Below, piece by piece: positions 18,793 to 29,648 of a DNA stretch of 64,000 bases. Location of the stretch: positions 928,001 through 992,000 of the forward strand of contig CAXXLF010000002.1 in assembly GCA_963664015.2 (NCBI GenBank), read 5' to 3'. The position numbers were made by a program, and so were the translations under genes. A model generated the notes under the pieces. It had not been told where the DNA came from, made no database searches, and saw only the letters and a program-made list of their open reading frames with translations. This DNA is from Candidatus Binatia bacterium. Lineage in GTDB: Bacteria; Desulfobacterota; Binatia; UBA9968; CAXXLF01. Within the stretch, counting starts at the first letter, position 1; every line of letters begins with the position of its first letter.

Positions 18793-19452
18793 TCATCCCT
18801 CGAGAGGCGGGTAAACCAGGGTTCGATTTTCCTTGGCCAACCCGTCCACCTGGACCCTTCTCCCTACGACACGTAGCCGGCCCTCACTGTAGAGTTGGAT
18901 GGCCCTTGGATAGATCTTGTGTTCTTCTTCCAGAATTCTAGAGCTCAAGGTTCCCTCTTTATCGTCGGGACACACGGGAACCACCGCCTGTATGATTATG
19001 GGTCCTTCGTCGCATTCCTCATTGACAAAGTGAACGGTACAGCCTGAAAATCGGGCTCCATACTCCAAGGCCTTTCGCTGCACGTGGAGACCTGGAAAGG
19101 CTGGAAGCAAAGCTGGGTGGATATTCATAATCCGGTTGGAGAAACTGCGAACAAACAGAGGCGACAGAAGCCGCATGAAACCTGCTAGAACAACGAGCTC
19201 CACTTGTCGTGAATGCAGGAGATCAACCATCGCCTGATCGAAGGCTACGCGGGTCGGAAACTTTCGGTGGTCGAGAACCTGGGTTTCAATCCCGTGGTTC
19301 CGTGCCCGAACAATGCCGTAGGCATCCTCCCGATTGCTGATGACCACACGAATCACCGCATCGAGTCGTTTCTGCTCGATGGCGTCGATAATCGACTGCA
19401 GATTGGTCCCGCTACCCGAGATGAGCACTCCTAGTGGAACCTGCCTTGCCAT
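18793..19452 (-). CDS. purN: Phosphoribosylglycinamide formyltransferase
   Basis: LISGSGTNLQ, NIHPALLPAFPG, GCTVHFV. Confidence 0.97.
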   Translation of the reverse strand: MARQVPLGVLISGSGTNLQSIIDAIEQKRLDAVIRVVISNREDAYGIVRARNHGIETQVLDHRKFPTRVAFDQAMVDLLHSRQVELVVLAGFMRLLSPLFVRSFSNRIMNIHPALLPAFPGLHVQRKALEYGARFSGCTVHFVNEECDEGPIIIQAVVPVCPDDKEGTLSSRILEEEHKIYPRAIQLYSEGRLRVVGRRVQVDGLAKENRTLVYPPLEG

Positions 19453-19456
19453 AGGA

Positions 19457-20500
19457 TTACCAAACCAGGCTCACTCCTTTCCGTCCGTTCTTTATCTCCC
19501 CAATAAGATAATAGGGTTCTCCCATTCGCTTCAGGGAACGCTTGACTCCGTCCACGTGCCTTTTCCCGACAATGAGGACCATCCCCAGACCATTGTTAAA
19601 GGTGCGGTCCATCTCTCTCTGGGACAGGTGCCCTAACCTCTGAATCAAGTCAAAGATAACCGGCTGGGGCCAACTTCCACGTTTAACCCACGCCGTCTTC
19701 CCGGCAGGCAGGACTCTGGAAAGATTACCGGAAATTCCTCCCCCAGTAATATGGGCAATTCCCTTGAGCGTGTGCTGTTTGAGCAGCGCCCGAATCACCT
19801 TGGTATAAATAACTGTGGGCTCCAGCAATTCCTCCCCCAGAGTACGCCCCAAATCCGGGACCTTGCTTCCGAGTTTGATCCCTCCCACTTCAAGAAGAAC
19901 CTTGCGCGCCAGCGAGAAGCCGTTACTATGCAACCCACTGGAAGGCAACCCAATTACACAGTCGCCAGAAGCGACGGATGACGGACGGGGGATCTTGGCC
20001 CGTTCGACCACGCCGACGGCGAAGCCCGCCAGGTCGTATTCGCCGTCGGGGTAAAATGAGGGCATCTCCGCCGTTTCTCCTCCGATAAGGGTACATTCCG
20101 CTCGCCGGCATCCTTCGGCTATACCACGGATCACTTCAAGGGTTGTTTTGGGCCTGAGCTTTCCTGTCGCGAAGTAGTCGAGAAAAAAAAGGGGCTCGGC
20201 TCCCTGAGTCAAGATATCGTTGACGCCCATGGCTACGAGATCGATCCCCACCGTGTGATGTACACGTGTCATAAAACCAATCTTGAGCTTGGTACCGACA
20301 CCGTCGGTAGAAGACACCAGGATCGGATGGCGATACCGTCGAGTGGGAAGACTGAACAGCGCACTAAAGCCACCCACTCCGGCCATGAGCCCCGGCCGGT
20401 GGGTCTTGCGCGCCAGGGTGCGGATGGAGCCGATCATGCGGTCCGCCACAGTGATATCGACTCCGGCCTTCTTGTAGCTCATTGTTGATCGTGCCGGCAT
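19457..20500 (-). CDS. purM: Phosphoribosylformylglycinamidine cyclo-ligase
   Basis: YKKAGVD, TDGVGTK, GGETAEMP, SSGLHSNG; start approximate. Confidence 0.97.
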   Translation of the reverse strand: MPARSTMSYKKAGVDITVADRMIGSIRTLARKTHRPGLMAGVGGFSALFSLPTRRYRHPILVSSTDGVGTKLKIGFMTRVHHTVGIDLVAMGVNDILTQGAEPLFFLDYFATGKLRPKTTLEVIRGIAEGCRRAECTLIGGETAEMPSFYPDGEYDLAGFAVGVVERAKIPRPSSVASGDCVIGLPSSGLHSNGFSLARKVLLEVGGIKLGSKVPDLGRTLGEELLEPTVIYTKVIRALLKQHTLKGIAHITGGGISGNLSRVLPAGKTAWVKRGSWPQPVIFDLIQRLGHLSQREMDRTFNNGLGMVLIVGKRHVDGVKRSLKRMGEPYYLIGEIKNGRKGVSLVW

Positions 20501-20622
20501 GTCAGTTCGTCGTTCCTCAGAGTTCCAGGGCAAGGAGTCCTCATTAAATCGAGCAAGGGGGGAATAAACGATTTGCCATTCCCGGATCCCAAATGCTTCT
20601 ATTGTACAGAGACGAGGCGATT

Positions 20623-21333
20623 TCAGGAAGGAGAAACTGTATCATCGTCTTGCTTCAAGACGACAAGCGCCTTCTTGGCAGCCTGCTGTTCCGACTGTTT
20701 CTTGCTCTTCCCTTCACCCCGACCCAAGACCTTTCCCCCGATAGCGATTTCCGTAATAAAGCGCTTCTCATGACTGGGGCCCGATTCCGCCACCAGTATA
20801 TAGGTCGGTGGGGCATGCATGAGCATCTGGCTGATCTCCTGGAGCCTCGTCTTGTAATCCCTGAGCCCCAACTTCTTCTGTTTGATCTCCCGTGAAAAAT
20901 GCTTTTCCACCACTCGGTGGGCCGCTTCGTAACCTCCGTCCCAATAGACGCCCCCAAGCACCGCCTCAAAGGCAGCCGCTAGAATGGACTCCTTTAACCT
21001 TCCGCCGCTGCGCTCCTCCCCTTTGCCTAACCGAAGCCGCTTACCCAACTCCAGGCTTGTGGCCTTCTCCGCCAGGATTACCGCGTTAACCAATGAGGCA
21101 CGCATCCTGGAGAGATCCCCTTCCTTCTTTTCCGGGTAACGCCGCATCAAGAGATCACTGACGGAAAGGTTCAAAACCGCGTCTCCGAGGAACTCTAGAG
21201 TCTCGTTATGATCGATCCCGTCACGGCGTTCGAAGGAAACGTGAGTAAGGCAGCGCAGAAGCAGCGAAGAATCGCTGAAAGAGTAACCCAATACCTCCTG
21301 CAGACGGAGCAGTAATTGCGAGTCCTTGACCAC
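20623..21333 (-). CDS. rnc: Ribonuclease III
   Basis: NETLEFLGDAVL, DYKTRLQE, G.GKSKK. Confidence 0.96.
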   Translation of the reverse strand: MVKDSQLLLRLQEVLGYSFSDSSLLLRCLTHVSFERRDGIDHNETLEFLGDAVLNLSVSDLLMRRYPEKKEGDLSRMRASLVNAVILAEKATSLELGKRLRLGKGEERSGGRLKESILAAAFEAVLGGVYWDGGYEAAHRVVEKHFSREIKQKKLGLRDYKTRLQEISQMLMHAPPTYILVAESGPSHEKRFITEIAIGGKVLGRGEGKSKKQSEQQAAKKALVVLKQDDDTVSPS

Positions 21334-21336
21334 AGC

Positions 21337-22653
21337 CTAAGGGTGCTCCATCACTTGTCCTCGCAACCGGGCCCCATCCAATCCCTCCAGGACCACCTCG
21401 ACCTCACGATTGACTTGACGATGGCTGGTCGGGAATACCACGGAAAGGTAATTTCGGCTGTACCCCTTGTAGAGCCCTTGGGTCACGTCCACCGCTCGCT
21501 CCACTAAGACTGGGACCCGAGCACCAATGAATCGCCGGTAGAATCTCTTTTTCTTCTTCGCTCCCAGTTCACGGGTACGGCGGGATCGTTCTTTTTTAAC
21601 GGCACTAGGGACCTGCTGGGGCAGAGCCGCAGCGACCGTGCCAGCCCGGGTCGAGTAGGGAAACACGTGAAAATAGGTCAGGGGAATCTCCTCGAGAAAC
21701 TCAAGCGAGCGCTCGAAATCCCCATCGCTCTCTCCCGGAAAACCAACAATGATGTCGCTACCCAGAGATGCAGTGGGAATCCTTTCCCGGATGCGATCAA
21801 GTAGGTCCCTGTAAAAACCCGTCGTGTAATTCCGGCGCATTCGACGAAGGGTCCGGTCCTCCCCCGCCTGTAGGCAAACATGAAAATGGGGACAGATCAC
21901 TTCCGACTGGGACATCAGCTGGATCAGCGGTTCTGTGACCTCCCGCGGATCCAGGGAACTCAAGCGTAACCTCGGGACAAGGCCGCTGTCGGTAATCGTT
22001 CGTAACAGTCGGGTCAAATCGGATCTGGGTTCTAAATCATGCCCGTAGGACCCCAGATGGATACCGGTGAGCACGAGTTCCTTAAAGCCCTCTTGAGCCA
22101 ACACACGGACCTGGCACAGGACCTCATCTTCAGAAACGCTGCGGCTCCGCCCGCGAGCTATAGGGATAATACAATAAGTGCACGAGTAGTTGCAGCCTTC
22201 CTCGACCTTCAAGAACGCCCGTGTGTGCTCGGGAAGCCCCCGGGCCCCAACGACACGAACCCCCCGCTCTTCTCTGGGATTGCCCACAGAGATCACCGGC
22301 CTGCCCACCGCCGATGGATTCGGTTGGCCAACGAATCGGACCAATTCGTCCAGACGATTAAGTCCCACGACAAAATCGACGCCCGATACAGCTGCGACTT
22401 GCTGGGGGCTCACCTGAGCATAACAACCGGTAACCAGAACCCGAGCCTCGGGATTCAGCCTCTTTGCGCGCCGCACAAGCTGGCGTCCCTCCCAATCGGC
22501 ACGATCGGTTACAGTACACGTATTAATGATGTAGAAATCCGCGATTTCCTCAAAGGGGACAAAGCAATGTCGTTCCGATTGGAGCCGTTCCCGGTTGACC
22601 GCAGAGTCGTACTGGTTAACTTTGCAGCCAAGGGTTGTAAGTGCAACGCGCAT
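21337..22653 (-). CDS. mtaB: tRNA t6A37 methylthiotransferase
   Basis: TLGCKVNQY, INTCTVT, GCNYSCTYC radical SAM motif, LTGIHLG. Confidence 0.93.
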   Translation of the reverse strand: MRVALTTLGCKVNQYDSAVNRERLQSERHCFVPFEEIADFYIINTCTVTDRADWEGRQLVRRAKRLNPEARVLVTGCYAQVSPQQVAAVSGVDFVVGLNRLDELVRFVGQPNPSAVGRPVISVGNPREERGVRVVGARGLPEHTRAFLKVEEGCNYSCTYCIIPIARGRSRSVSEDEVLCQVRVLAQEGFKELVLTGIHLGSYGHDLEPRSDLTRLLRTITDSGLVPRLRLSSLDPREVTEPLIQLMSQSEVICPHFHVCLQAGEDRTLRRMRRNYTTGFYRDLLDRIRERIPTASLGSDIIVGFPGESDGDFERSLEFLEEIPLTYFHVFPYSTRAGTVAAALPQQVPSAVKKERSRRTRELGAKKKKRFYRRFIGARVPVLVERAVDVTQGLYKGYSRNYLSVVFPTSHRQVNREVEVVLEGLDGARLRGQVMEHP

Positions 22654-22687
22654 GTCAGGTTTTGGTCCGAGTCCCCTCCTCCACGCT

Positions 22688-23758
22688 CTAAAGGGCGCTC
22701 TCTATCCAGCCTCCTCCCAGAACCTTTTCCCCCCGGTAAAAGACCGCGGCCTGACCAGGGCTGACCGGCGCAGAGACACCTTGGAACCGAACTTCAGATC
22801 GACCTATCCCCACGGATCGCACCTGACACGGGATGGGGGTCGAACGATACCTAATCTGTACTTCCGCCAAAATAGGGTCCTGCTCGGGAGGTTCGAACCA
22901 ATTGACCGAGTGGGTGACATGCCCCACACTCCCCAGTTCTTCGCGCTTGCCCACCATGACATGCTTGGTCTTTTCCTCGATCCCTAAGACGTATAAGGGA
23001 TGAGGTGCAGAGACTCCCAGCCCCTTCCTCTGACCGACGGTGAATCGATGGATGCCTTGATGGGTCCCCAGGGACTTTCCCGATCGATCCACGATCTCAC
23101 CTTCAACGGACTGTCCCCGATCTGCATGGGCTTCCACCAGGGACCGGTAGTCACCGAAACAGATATCCTGGCTTTCTGGACGGTCAGCTACTGACATTCC
23201 GAGTTCACGAGCCCGCTTACGAACGTCGCCCTTATGCCAATCACCAAGGGGGAATAGCGTGTGGACGAGCTGCTCCTGGGATAGGCCGAAGAGAAAGTAG
23301 GACTGATCTTTGTCCCTGTCCTGCCCACGCAGGAGGGAGTAACGCCCGCAAGTGACATCTCGCACGATGCGCGCATAATGGCCTGTCGCCACGTACTCGG
23401 CCTGTTGCTTTTTTGCCCAATCGAGAAGAAAACCCAGTTTGAAGTCTCGATTGCAGGATATACATGGGTTGGGCGTTTTCCCACTCAGATAGCTCTGAGC
23501 AAAGGGCTTAACCACCGATTCGAGAAAAACAGCCCGCAAGTCTAACAGGGAATAAGGTATTCCTAATAGAGAAGCGACATCTTTGGCCCCTTTATAGTTG
23601 GAACAGACCCGCTCATCGTTGCGATCCCCATCCCACATCTGGAGGGAAACCCCGGAGACCTCATAGCCCATTTCAATCAGTAGGCTTGCGGCCACAGAGC
23701 TATCCACTCCCCCGCTCATGGCTATGACAACTTTTTTCTTCGTCTTTATCATCGTCAA
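22688..23758 (-). CDS. mnmA: tRNA-specific 2-thiouridylase
   Basis: AMSGGVDSS, TPNPC, ATGHYA, KDQSYFL, SQDICF. Confidence 0.97.
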   Translation of the reverse strand: MTMIKTKKKVVIAMSGGVDSSVAASLLIEMGYEVSGVSLQMWDGDRNDERVCSNYKGAKDVASLLGIPYSLLDLRAVFLESVVKPFAQSYLSGKTPNPCISCNRDFKLGFLLDWAKKQQAEYVATGHYARIVRDVTCGRYSLLRGQDRDKDQSYFLFGLSQEQLVHTLFPLGDWHKGDVRKRARELGMSVADRPESQDICFGDYRSLVEAHADRGQSVEGEIVDRSGKSLGTHQGIHRFTVGQRKGLGVSAPHPLYVLGIEEKTKHVMVGKREELGSVGHVTHSVNWFEPPEQDPILAEVQIRYRSTPIPCQVRSVGIGRSEVRFQGVSAPVSPGQAAVFYRGEKVLGGGWIESAL

Positions 23759-23759
23759 T

Positions 23760-24494
23760 TCAGTTTCCCGAGTTTTTGAGGAGCTCTTTAACCTTGTGAA
23801 GTACCTCAGTATCTTCGGCGCGGCGATCTTCCAACCCTCCCTGCCTGGAACTCAGCTCATTAATTCTCTGCTCCATCCGCTGGACGTACTCAGCTAGCCC
23901 CCCAATGGCCTTGGCCACAGGATCCGGTAGCCGCTGATGGTCCAAATCGATGAATTGGGCCTCTGGATCCCGTTGCACCCCGGCCCCCTCAACGACCCGA
24001 CCGGGAATTCCGACGACCGTTGAATCCGGCGGGACCGAATTTACGACGACCGATCCCGAACCAATTCTGCTGTTACGGCCGATGGTCACCGGGCCCAGAA
24101 TGGTCGCCCCGGCCCCAATGATGACGCAATCCTGCACCGTGGGATGACGTTTTTCCTTCCTCAGGCTGATACCCCCCAGGGTTACGCCTTGATAGATGGT
24201 AACGTCGTTTTCAATCTCCGCAGTCTCACCAATGACAACACCCATACCGTGATCGATAAAAAAACGAGAACCGATAATTGCCCCCGGGTGGATCTCAATC
24301 CCGGTCAGGAATCGACCCAGATGGCTGATGAACCGACCGGGGACCTTTAGCCTCTTGAGCCACAGAAAATGGGCGATGCGATAGAAGAAGAGCGCATGAA
24401 AGCCCGGATAACTGAGAAGGACTTCCCAGATATTTCGGGCCGCTGGGTCCCGGTGAAAGACGACCTGGATGTCTTCTTTCAAGGTGTTCCACAT
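23760..24494 (-). CDS. cysE: Serine O-acetyltransferase
   Basis: [31 protein letters not shown]. Confidence 0.96.
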   Translation of the reverse strand: MWNTLKEDIQVVFHRDPAARNIWEVLLSYPGFHALFFYRIAHFLWLKRLKVPGRFISHLGRFLTGIEIHPGAIIGSRFFIDHGMGVVIGETAEIENDVTIYQGVTLGGISLRKEKRHPTVQDCVIIGAGATILGPVTIGRNSRIGSGSVVVNSVPPDSTVVGIPGRVVEGAGVQRDPEAQFIDLDHQRLPDPVAKAIGGLAEYVQRMEQRINELSSRQGGLEDRRAEDTEVLHKVKELLKNSGN

Positions 24495-24545
24495 AACAAT
24501 CGACCGAGTCAGAAAAACTCACGCAGAGAAGCGCCCCAAATTCTC

Positions 24546-26141
24546 TTAACGCCGCGAGCTTTTGAACCTTTTCCTCTTACCGTCCTTATAAAGTTTATAA
24601 TCAATACTATCGACCAAGGCTTGCCAGCTAGCCTCGATTACATTTTGCGAGACACCCACGGTACCCCATTCGTCTTTCTTGTCACCGGATTCGATTAAAA
24701 CGCGAACCGATGCACCGGTTCCCTCACCGGAAGAAAGCACCCGGACCTTGTAGTCTAACAATTCGATATCCTTGAGAGAAGGATAGAATTTATCCAGGGC
24801 CTTTCGTAGCGCCTGGTCGAGGGCATTAACCGGTCCATTCCCCATGGCGGCCGCGTGTTGGATGTCCCCGTTTACGTCAACAATGACAGTAGCTTCCGAG
24901 ACGGGCGGTTCTTCTTCGGCGCGTTTTTCATCCATAACCCGAAAACTGACGAGACGAAAGTTCTTTCTCTTTTTTCCCAGGACTTCTTGGATCAAGAGTT
25001 CGAAAGACGCCTCCGCTGCCTCAAATTCATAACCGGAGCTTTCCATTTCCTTGATGCGTCGCAAGATCTGCGGCACCGCATGCTCTATGGCCGTTAGGTC
25101 GATTCCGTATTCCTTCCCCTTGTAAAGGATATTACTCCGGCCCGCCAAGTCGGAGACCAAGACCCGCTGGCGATTCCCCACCAGATCCGGATCGATGTGC
25201 TCATAGGTCTCACGGTTTTTCACGATGCCCGATACGTGAAGCCCTCCCTTGTGAGCAAAGGCCCCGTCACCTACGTACGGCTGATGCTTGTTCGGAACAA
25301 CGTTGGCCAGCTCATAAAAAACGTGGGAGACATCACGGAGCTTTTTTAGCTGTTCCCTATCAATGCACTTTTTCCCAAGCTTGAGCTCCAGATTGGGAAT
25401 GAAAGAACAGAGATTTAAGTTGCCGCATCGCTCCCCAAAACCGTTGATGGTGCCTTGCACCTGGCGCACACCCATCTCAACGGCCACTAGCGTATTGGCC
25501 ACTGCCAATTCCCCATCGTTGTGGCAGTGAATTCCCAGGGGAGTGCGTACTACGCCAAGGACACTGGAGATGCCCTTTCGAATATCGCCCGGTAGACTCC
25601 CTCCATTGGTATCGCACAGAGCGATCCAGTCAGCGCCACCCTCCTGGGCCGCGACCAGACACTGGACCGCATATTCCGGGTTGGAGCGATAGCCGTCAAA
25701 GAAATGCTCCGCATCGAAAACCACTTCATCGACGTGCCGCTTCATGTAGGCGATGGAATCGGAGATAACCTCCAGATTGGCCTTTTTGCTTATTCTCAAG
25801 TCATCCTGTACGTGCAGGTCCCAGGTCTTCCCTACCAGGGTTACGACAGGCGTATCCGCTGCCAGAATCATCTTGAGGTTCAAATCCTGAGAAGGTTTGG
25901 ACGAAGGCTTCCGTGTGGTGCCGAAGGCGGCGATCTTGGGGCCCTTGAGCTTTTGCTTTTTGATTTCCTTGAAAAAACCCGCGTCCCGAGGATTGGACCC
26001 TGGATACCCCCCCTCGATATAGTCCACCCCCAACTCGGCAAGCTTACCCGCTATCCGGAGTTTGTCCTCGAGGGAGAAAGAGATATCCTCTGCTTGGCAG
26101 CCGTCCCTCAGGGTCGTATCGTAAATCAAAACATCTTTCAC
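24546..26141 (-). CDS. cimA: Citramalate synthase
   Basis: DTTLRDG, FDAEHFFDG, AFAHKGGLH, GNGPVNALD. Confidence 0.92.
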   Translation of the reverse strand: MKDVLIYDTTLRDGCQAEDISFSLEDKLRIAGKLAELGVDYIEGGYPGSNPRDAGFFKEIKKQKLKGPKIAAFGTTRKPSSKPSQDLNLKMILAADTPVVTLVGKTWDLHVQDDLRISKKANLEVISDSIAYMKRHVDEVVFDAEHFFDGYRSNPEYAVQCLVAAQEGGADWIALCDTNGGSLPGDIRKGISSVLGVVRTPLGIHCHNDGELAVANTLVAVEMGVRQVQGTINGFGERCGNLNLCSFIPNLELKLGKKCIDREQLKKLRDVSHVFYELANVVPNKHQPYVGDGAFAHKGGLHVSGIVKNRETYEHIDPDLVGNRQRVLVSDLAGRSNILYKGKEYGIDLTAIEHAVPQILRRIKEMESSGYEFEAAEASFELLIQEVLGKKRKNFRLVSFRVMDEKRAEEEPPVSEATVIVDVNGDIQHAAAMGNGPVNALDQALRKALDKFYPSLKDIELLDYKVRVLSSGEGTGASVRVLIESGDKKDEWGTVGVSQNVIEASWQALVDSIDYKLYKDGKRKRFKSSRR

Positions 26142-27358
26142 TAGGTCACCGGCTTCCCGATAAAGCTGTCGTGCAGGATTCGTACGGCCTTGTGGGCGTA
26201 TTGCTCTCGTACGATCACGGATATGGTAATTTCGGAGGTGGAGATCATCTCAACATTGATTCCCGCTTTTGCCAGGGCCTGAAACATTTGAGCCGCGACT
26301 CCCGCCTGGGTCCGCATGCCGCGTCCTATGATCGAGACCTTGGCCACGTCTGGATCACAGCGCACTTCCTCCGCCTTCATCTTGGGTCTAATCGCTTCGA
26401 CCAACTGCTGAGCCTTCTTGTAATCGTCCTTGGGGACAGTGAAGCTGACGTCCGTATACCCCCCCGCGCTGGCATTTTGGACGATCATGTCCACGATGAT
26501 GCCAGCCTTGGAAAGGGGAGCGAAAATATTGGCCGCCAAGCCGGGTTTGTCAGGTACATGGGTAAGCGTAATTTTTGCCTGCTCCCGGTCGCTGGCCACC
26601 CTTGACACAATGAGTTCCGATTCTTTGTTCTCCTTGACCACTCGAGTTCCCTCCCATGGAGTAAATCCTGATCTCAGGTGCAACGGGATGTTGCCTTTCA
26701 TGGCAAAATCCACCGAGTTGATATGCAATGCCTTGACCCCAAGGCTAATCATTTCCATCATCTCCTCATAGGAGACATAGTCCAGTTTTTTAGCCGTTGG
26801 ACACAGCTTTGGATCCGCCGTATAGATCCCGTCAACCTGAGTATATATCTCGCAAATATCGGCCTTCAAGGCAGTGGCCAGAGCCACCGCTGTAGTGTCC
26901 GATCCGCCCCGCCCCAGTGTCGTGATATTGCCATCCGGATCGATACCCTGAAAGCCCACAACGACTCCGATTTCCCCCTTACGCAGCGACTGCTTGATGA
27001 ATCGTGTATCGACCTTCTGAATCTTGGCCCGGCCATAAGCATTGTCCGTCAAGATACGGATCTGATAGCCAAGCCACGAGCGCGCTCTGTAGCCCATGGC
27101 TCGGATGGCCAAGGCCAACATGGCCGCAGAAACCTGTTCACCGGCGGAAAGGAGGACATCCTGCTCGCGCCCGTCGGGCTCTTTAGCCATGGCTCTGGCC
27201 AGGCCTAGTAAGCGATCGGTTTCACCCTCCATGGCGGATATCACCACCACGACCTGATTACCCATCTCATGGGTTGCAACCACCCTATCTGCAATATCCT
27301 TGATACGTTTGGGACTTCCCGAAACCGTCCCACCGTATTTCTGCACGATTAAAGCCAT
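26141..27358 (-). CDS. lysC: Aspartate kinase
   Basis: TTLGRGGSDTTAVA, VDGIYTADP, two ACT domains. Confidence 0.93.
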   Translation of the reverse strand: MALIVQKYGGTVSGSPKRIKDIADRVVATHEMGNQVVVVISAMEGETDRLLGLARAMAKEPDGREQDVLLSAGEQVSAAMLALAIRAMGYRARSWLGYQIRILTDNAYGRAKIQKVDTRFIKQSLRKGEIGVVVGFQGIDPDGNITTLGRGGSDTTAVALATALKADICEIYTQVDGIYTADPKLCPTAKKLDYVSYEEMMEMISLGVKALHINSVDFAMKGNIPLHLRSGFTPWEGTRVVKENKESELIVSRVASDREQAKITLTHVPDKPGLAANIFAPLSKAGIIVDMIVQNASAGGYTDVSFTVPKDDYKKAQQLVEAIRPKMKAEEVRCDPDVAKVSIIGRGMRTQAGVAAQMFQALAKAGINVEMISTSEITISVIVREQYAHKAVRILHDSFIGKPVT

Positions 27359-27367
27359 CGTCCTTGC

Positions 27368-27841
27368 CTACTTCCTACGCTTTAGTTGGTTGATAATCTC
27401 TTCATAATGGCTACCATTGGCGGTAAAGTCCAATTGGCGCTGGGAGCCCTTACCATGGCTAAAAGCGACGCCCAATAGCTCGTCTATCTCTGCCTCGGAA
27501 AGACGTTCAACCCATTCGATTACGCTTACACCTTCCGAAAATAACACCTCCCGAAGATTCAACTCCTCGATTTCATTAACCCCCGCAAGTCGATAGAGAT
27601 CAATATGATACAGGGGGAGCCTGCCATCGTACTCGTTGATCAAGGTAAAGGTGGGACTTCGTACCCAAGCCTTTTTGTCCACCTCTAATCCTTGAGCAAG
27701 GCCCCTTACGAAGCACGTCTTACCGCTGCCGAGCTCACCGCTGAGCCCAATAATTTCTCCACCCTTTAGAAGCCTACCTAACCTGCGCCCCCACGCCTGG
27801 GTTTGTGTAGTGGAGCGAGAAAGGACACTAAAGGATTTCAT
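27368..27841 (-). CDS. tsaE: t6A biosynthesis ATPase
   Basis: GELGSGKT, SPTFTL, HIDLYRL, IEW. Confidence 0.96.
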   Translation of the reverse strand: MKSFSVLSRSTTQTQAWGRRLGRLLKGGEIIGLSGELGSGKTCFVRGLAQGLEVDKKAWVRSPTFTLINEYDGRLPLYHIDLYRLAGVNEIEELNLREVLFSEGVSVIEWVERLSEAEIDELLGVAFSHGKGSQRQLDFTANGSHYEEIINQLKRRK

Positions 27842-27852
27842 GAAGGCATGAG

Positions 27853-27958
27853 ATTCGTATAATCGTTAGTCCGTTATTGGTTATTCGTCCAACGCAAGAG
27901 GCCAAGCTTCTCTGTGCTGACCGATCACACGAATACACATGTAACGAATAACGAATTA
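27853..27958. repeat. Intergenic heptamer-like (ATTCGTT/AACGAAT) inverted repeat element
   Basis: ATTCGTATAATCG...TTATTCG facing CGAATA..AACGAATAACGAAT; related sequence at about 29530-29575 and 30363-30423. Confidence 0.55.
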
Positions 27959-29524
27959 ACCAGTTATCGGGTAACGATCCTCCTTTAGTTTCTTGATCCC
28001 TTGGGGCAGCGCATCCACCACGTCGGTCGCTATCATTCCCATTTCCCCCTGCCCATCGCGAACCCGGTCGCCAACGAAACCGTGAAGGAAGACCCCCAGT
28101 TTGAGGGCGTCTCGTTCGTCCAACCCCTGTGCTAGCATACCAGCTAATATTCCCGCTAGCACGTCCCCCATACCCCCACTGGCCATACCGGCATTCCCAG
28201 TTGGATTAATATACACTTTACCATCAGCTGTCGCGATAACGCTCCTGGCCCCTTTGAGAACCACATGACAGCGATGCTCTACAGCGAAGGACCGGGCCGT
28301 TCCCACCCGGTCACGGTTAATTGACTCCGTATCGGTTCCCATCAGTCGCGCCATCTCTCCTGGGTGGGGGGTGAGTACCGGCGGCCTCTTAGCCGCTCTC
28401 AGCCGACCCGTTTTTTCCGCAAGATGAGTTAGCCCATCGGCGTCTATAACCCATGGAATTCCCATATTTCTTAGCAGCCACCACAAGGCGCTCTTGGCTC
28501 CGTCTTTGAGGCCGATCCCTGGGCCAAAGAGCAGGGCGGCCTTTTTATCGAGGAGACGGGCCCATGTCTGATCGCTAGGCGCTTCCAGGTCATCGTCAGA
28601 GGAGCCGCCAAGGGGCTCAGTCATAGACTCCACCAACGCACCGGCAAATATACCGTTCAGGGAGCGAGGGGCTGCCAGGCTGACCAGTCCCGTACCGACG
28701 CGCATGGCTGCCCTACAGGCCAGAATGGCTGCTCCAGTCTTGCCCCTGGAACCCGCTACCACGAGCAAGTGGCCAAAGGTCCCCTTATGGGTGTCCGGCT
28801 CCCTAGTGGGGATCAGCCCACTCACCTCTTGCTCCTCTAAAAGTTCCGTACGGGGTGCCACTTCTGCAACCGCCTTCGAGTCAATTCCGATGTCGACGAC
28901 TGCCAAATCCCCCACATAAGGGGTTTCAGGATACACGACCTGACCCAACTTGGGGTAACCAAAGGTTACCGTTGTTTCGGCCTGAACAGCGATTCCCAGG
29001 GGCCTTCCACTATCCGTGTCGAGGCCCGACGGCATGTCCACTGCCACGATGGGAAGACCTGAGGCATTCATGGCCTCAATCGCGTCTGCGTAGAGCCCTT
29101 GGACCGCCTTGCTGAGGCCTATGCCGAAGATCGCATCGACCAAGACCCCATAGTCTTTGAATTTTTTGGTTAGGTGAGAAAGGGCGCCCTCTTCAGCTTC
29201 GCTGATCTTGCCCTTCGCCCTGAGGTAAGCACGCAGATTTGCCCCAGCATCGTGAGAAAGGTTCTCTTTACGGGCCAGGAGAATGACTTCGCACGGGATC
29301 CCTTTTTTTTTCAGATAACGGGCGACCACCAAACCATCGCCACCGTTGTTTCCCCGCCCCGCAACCACCAGGACCCCTTTCTTTGTGGCTTTAGGAAAAC
29401 TCTCCAACAAGGCATCGAAGACCCCTTCGCCGGCACGTTCCATGAGGGTGAGGCTCGGGACCCCGTACTTTTCAATGGTGAGCCGGTCCAGCTCGCGCAT
29501 TTCTTTAGCTGTAACGACCAACAT
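27956..29524 (-). CDS. nnr: Bifunctional NAD(P)H-hydrate epimerase/dehydratase
   Basis: LMERAG, GNNGGDG, HKGTFG, TPHPGEM, GGMGDVLAG. Confidence 0.95.
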   Translation of the reverse strand: MLVVTAKEMRELDRLTIEKYGVPSLTLMERAGEGVFDALLESFPKATKKGVLVVAGRGNNGGDGLVVARYLKKKGIPCEVILLARKENLSHDAGANLRAYLRAKGKISEAEEGALSHLTKKFKDYGVLVDAIFGIGLSKAVQGLYADAIEAMNASGLPIVAVDMPSGLDTDSGRPLGIAVQAETTVTFGYPKLGQVVYPETPYVGDLAVVDIGIDSKAVAEVAPRTELLEEQEVSGLIPTREPDTHKGTFGHLLVVAGSRGKTGAAILACRAAMRVGTGLVSLAAPRSLNGIFAGALVESMTEPLGGSSDDDLEAPSDQTWARLLDKKAALLFGPGIGLKDGAKSALWWLLRNMGIPWVIDADGLTHLAEKTGRLRAAKRPPVLTPHPGEMARLMGTDTESINRDRVGTARSFAVEHRCHVVLKGARSVIATADGKVYINPTGNAGMASGGMGDVLAGILAGMLAQGLDERDALKLGVFLHGFVGDRVRDGQGEMGMIATDVVDALPQGIKKLKEDRYPITG

Positions 29525-29648
29525 GGTTAACTCGTCATTCGTGTCTTCGTTATTGGCCTATTATTAATCTGTTATTTTTCAAACATCTTGAACATCTTGT
29601 TGGGTGGCTTTAGAGGAACTCTATTAGACAAGCCCACGAGTCTCAACC

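Noticed and set aside
22039-22764. 241-aa plus-strand ORF and many similar overlapping ORFs (e.g. 14109-14738, 30670-31218)
   Set aside because: Antisense or alternate-frame shadows of well-supported genes in GC-rich DNA
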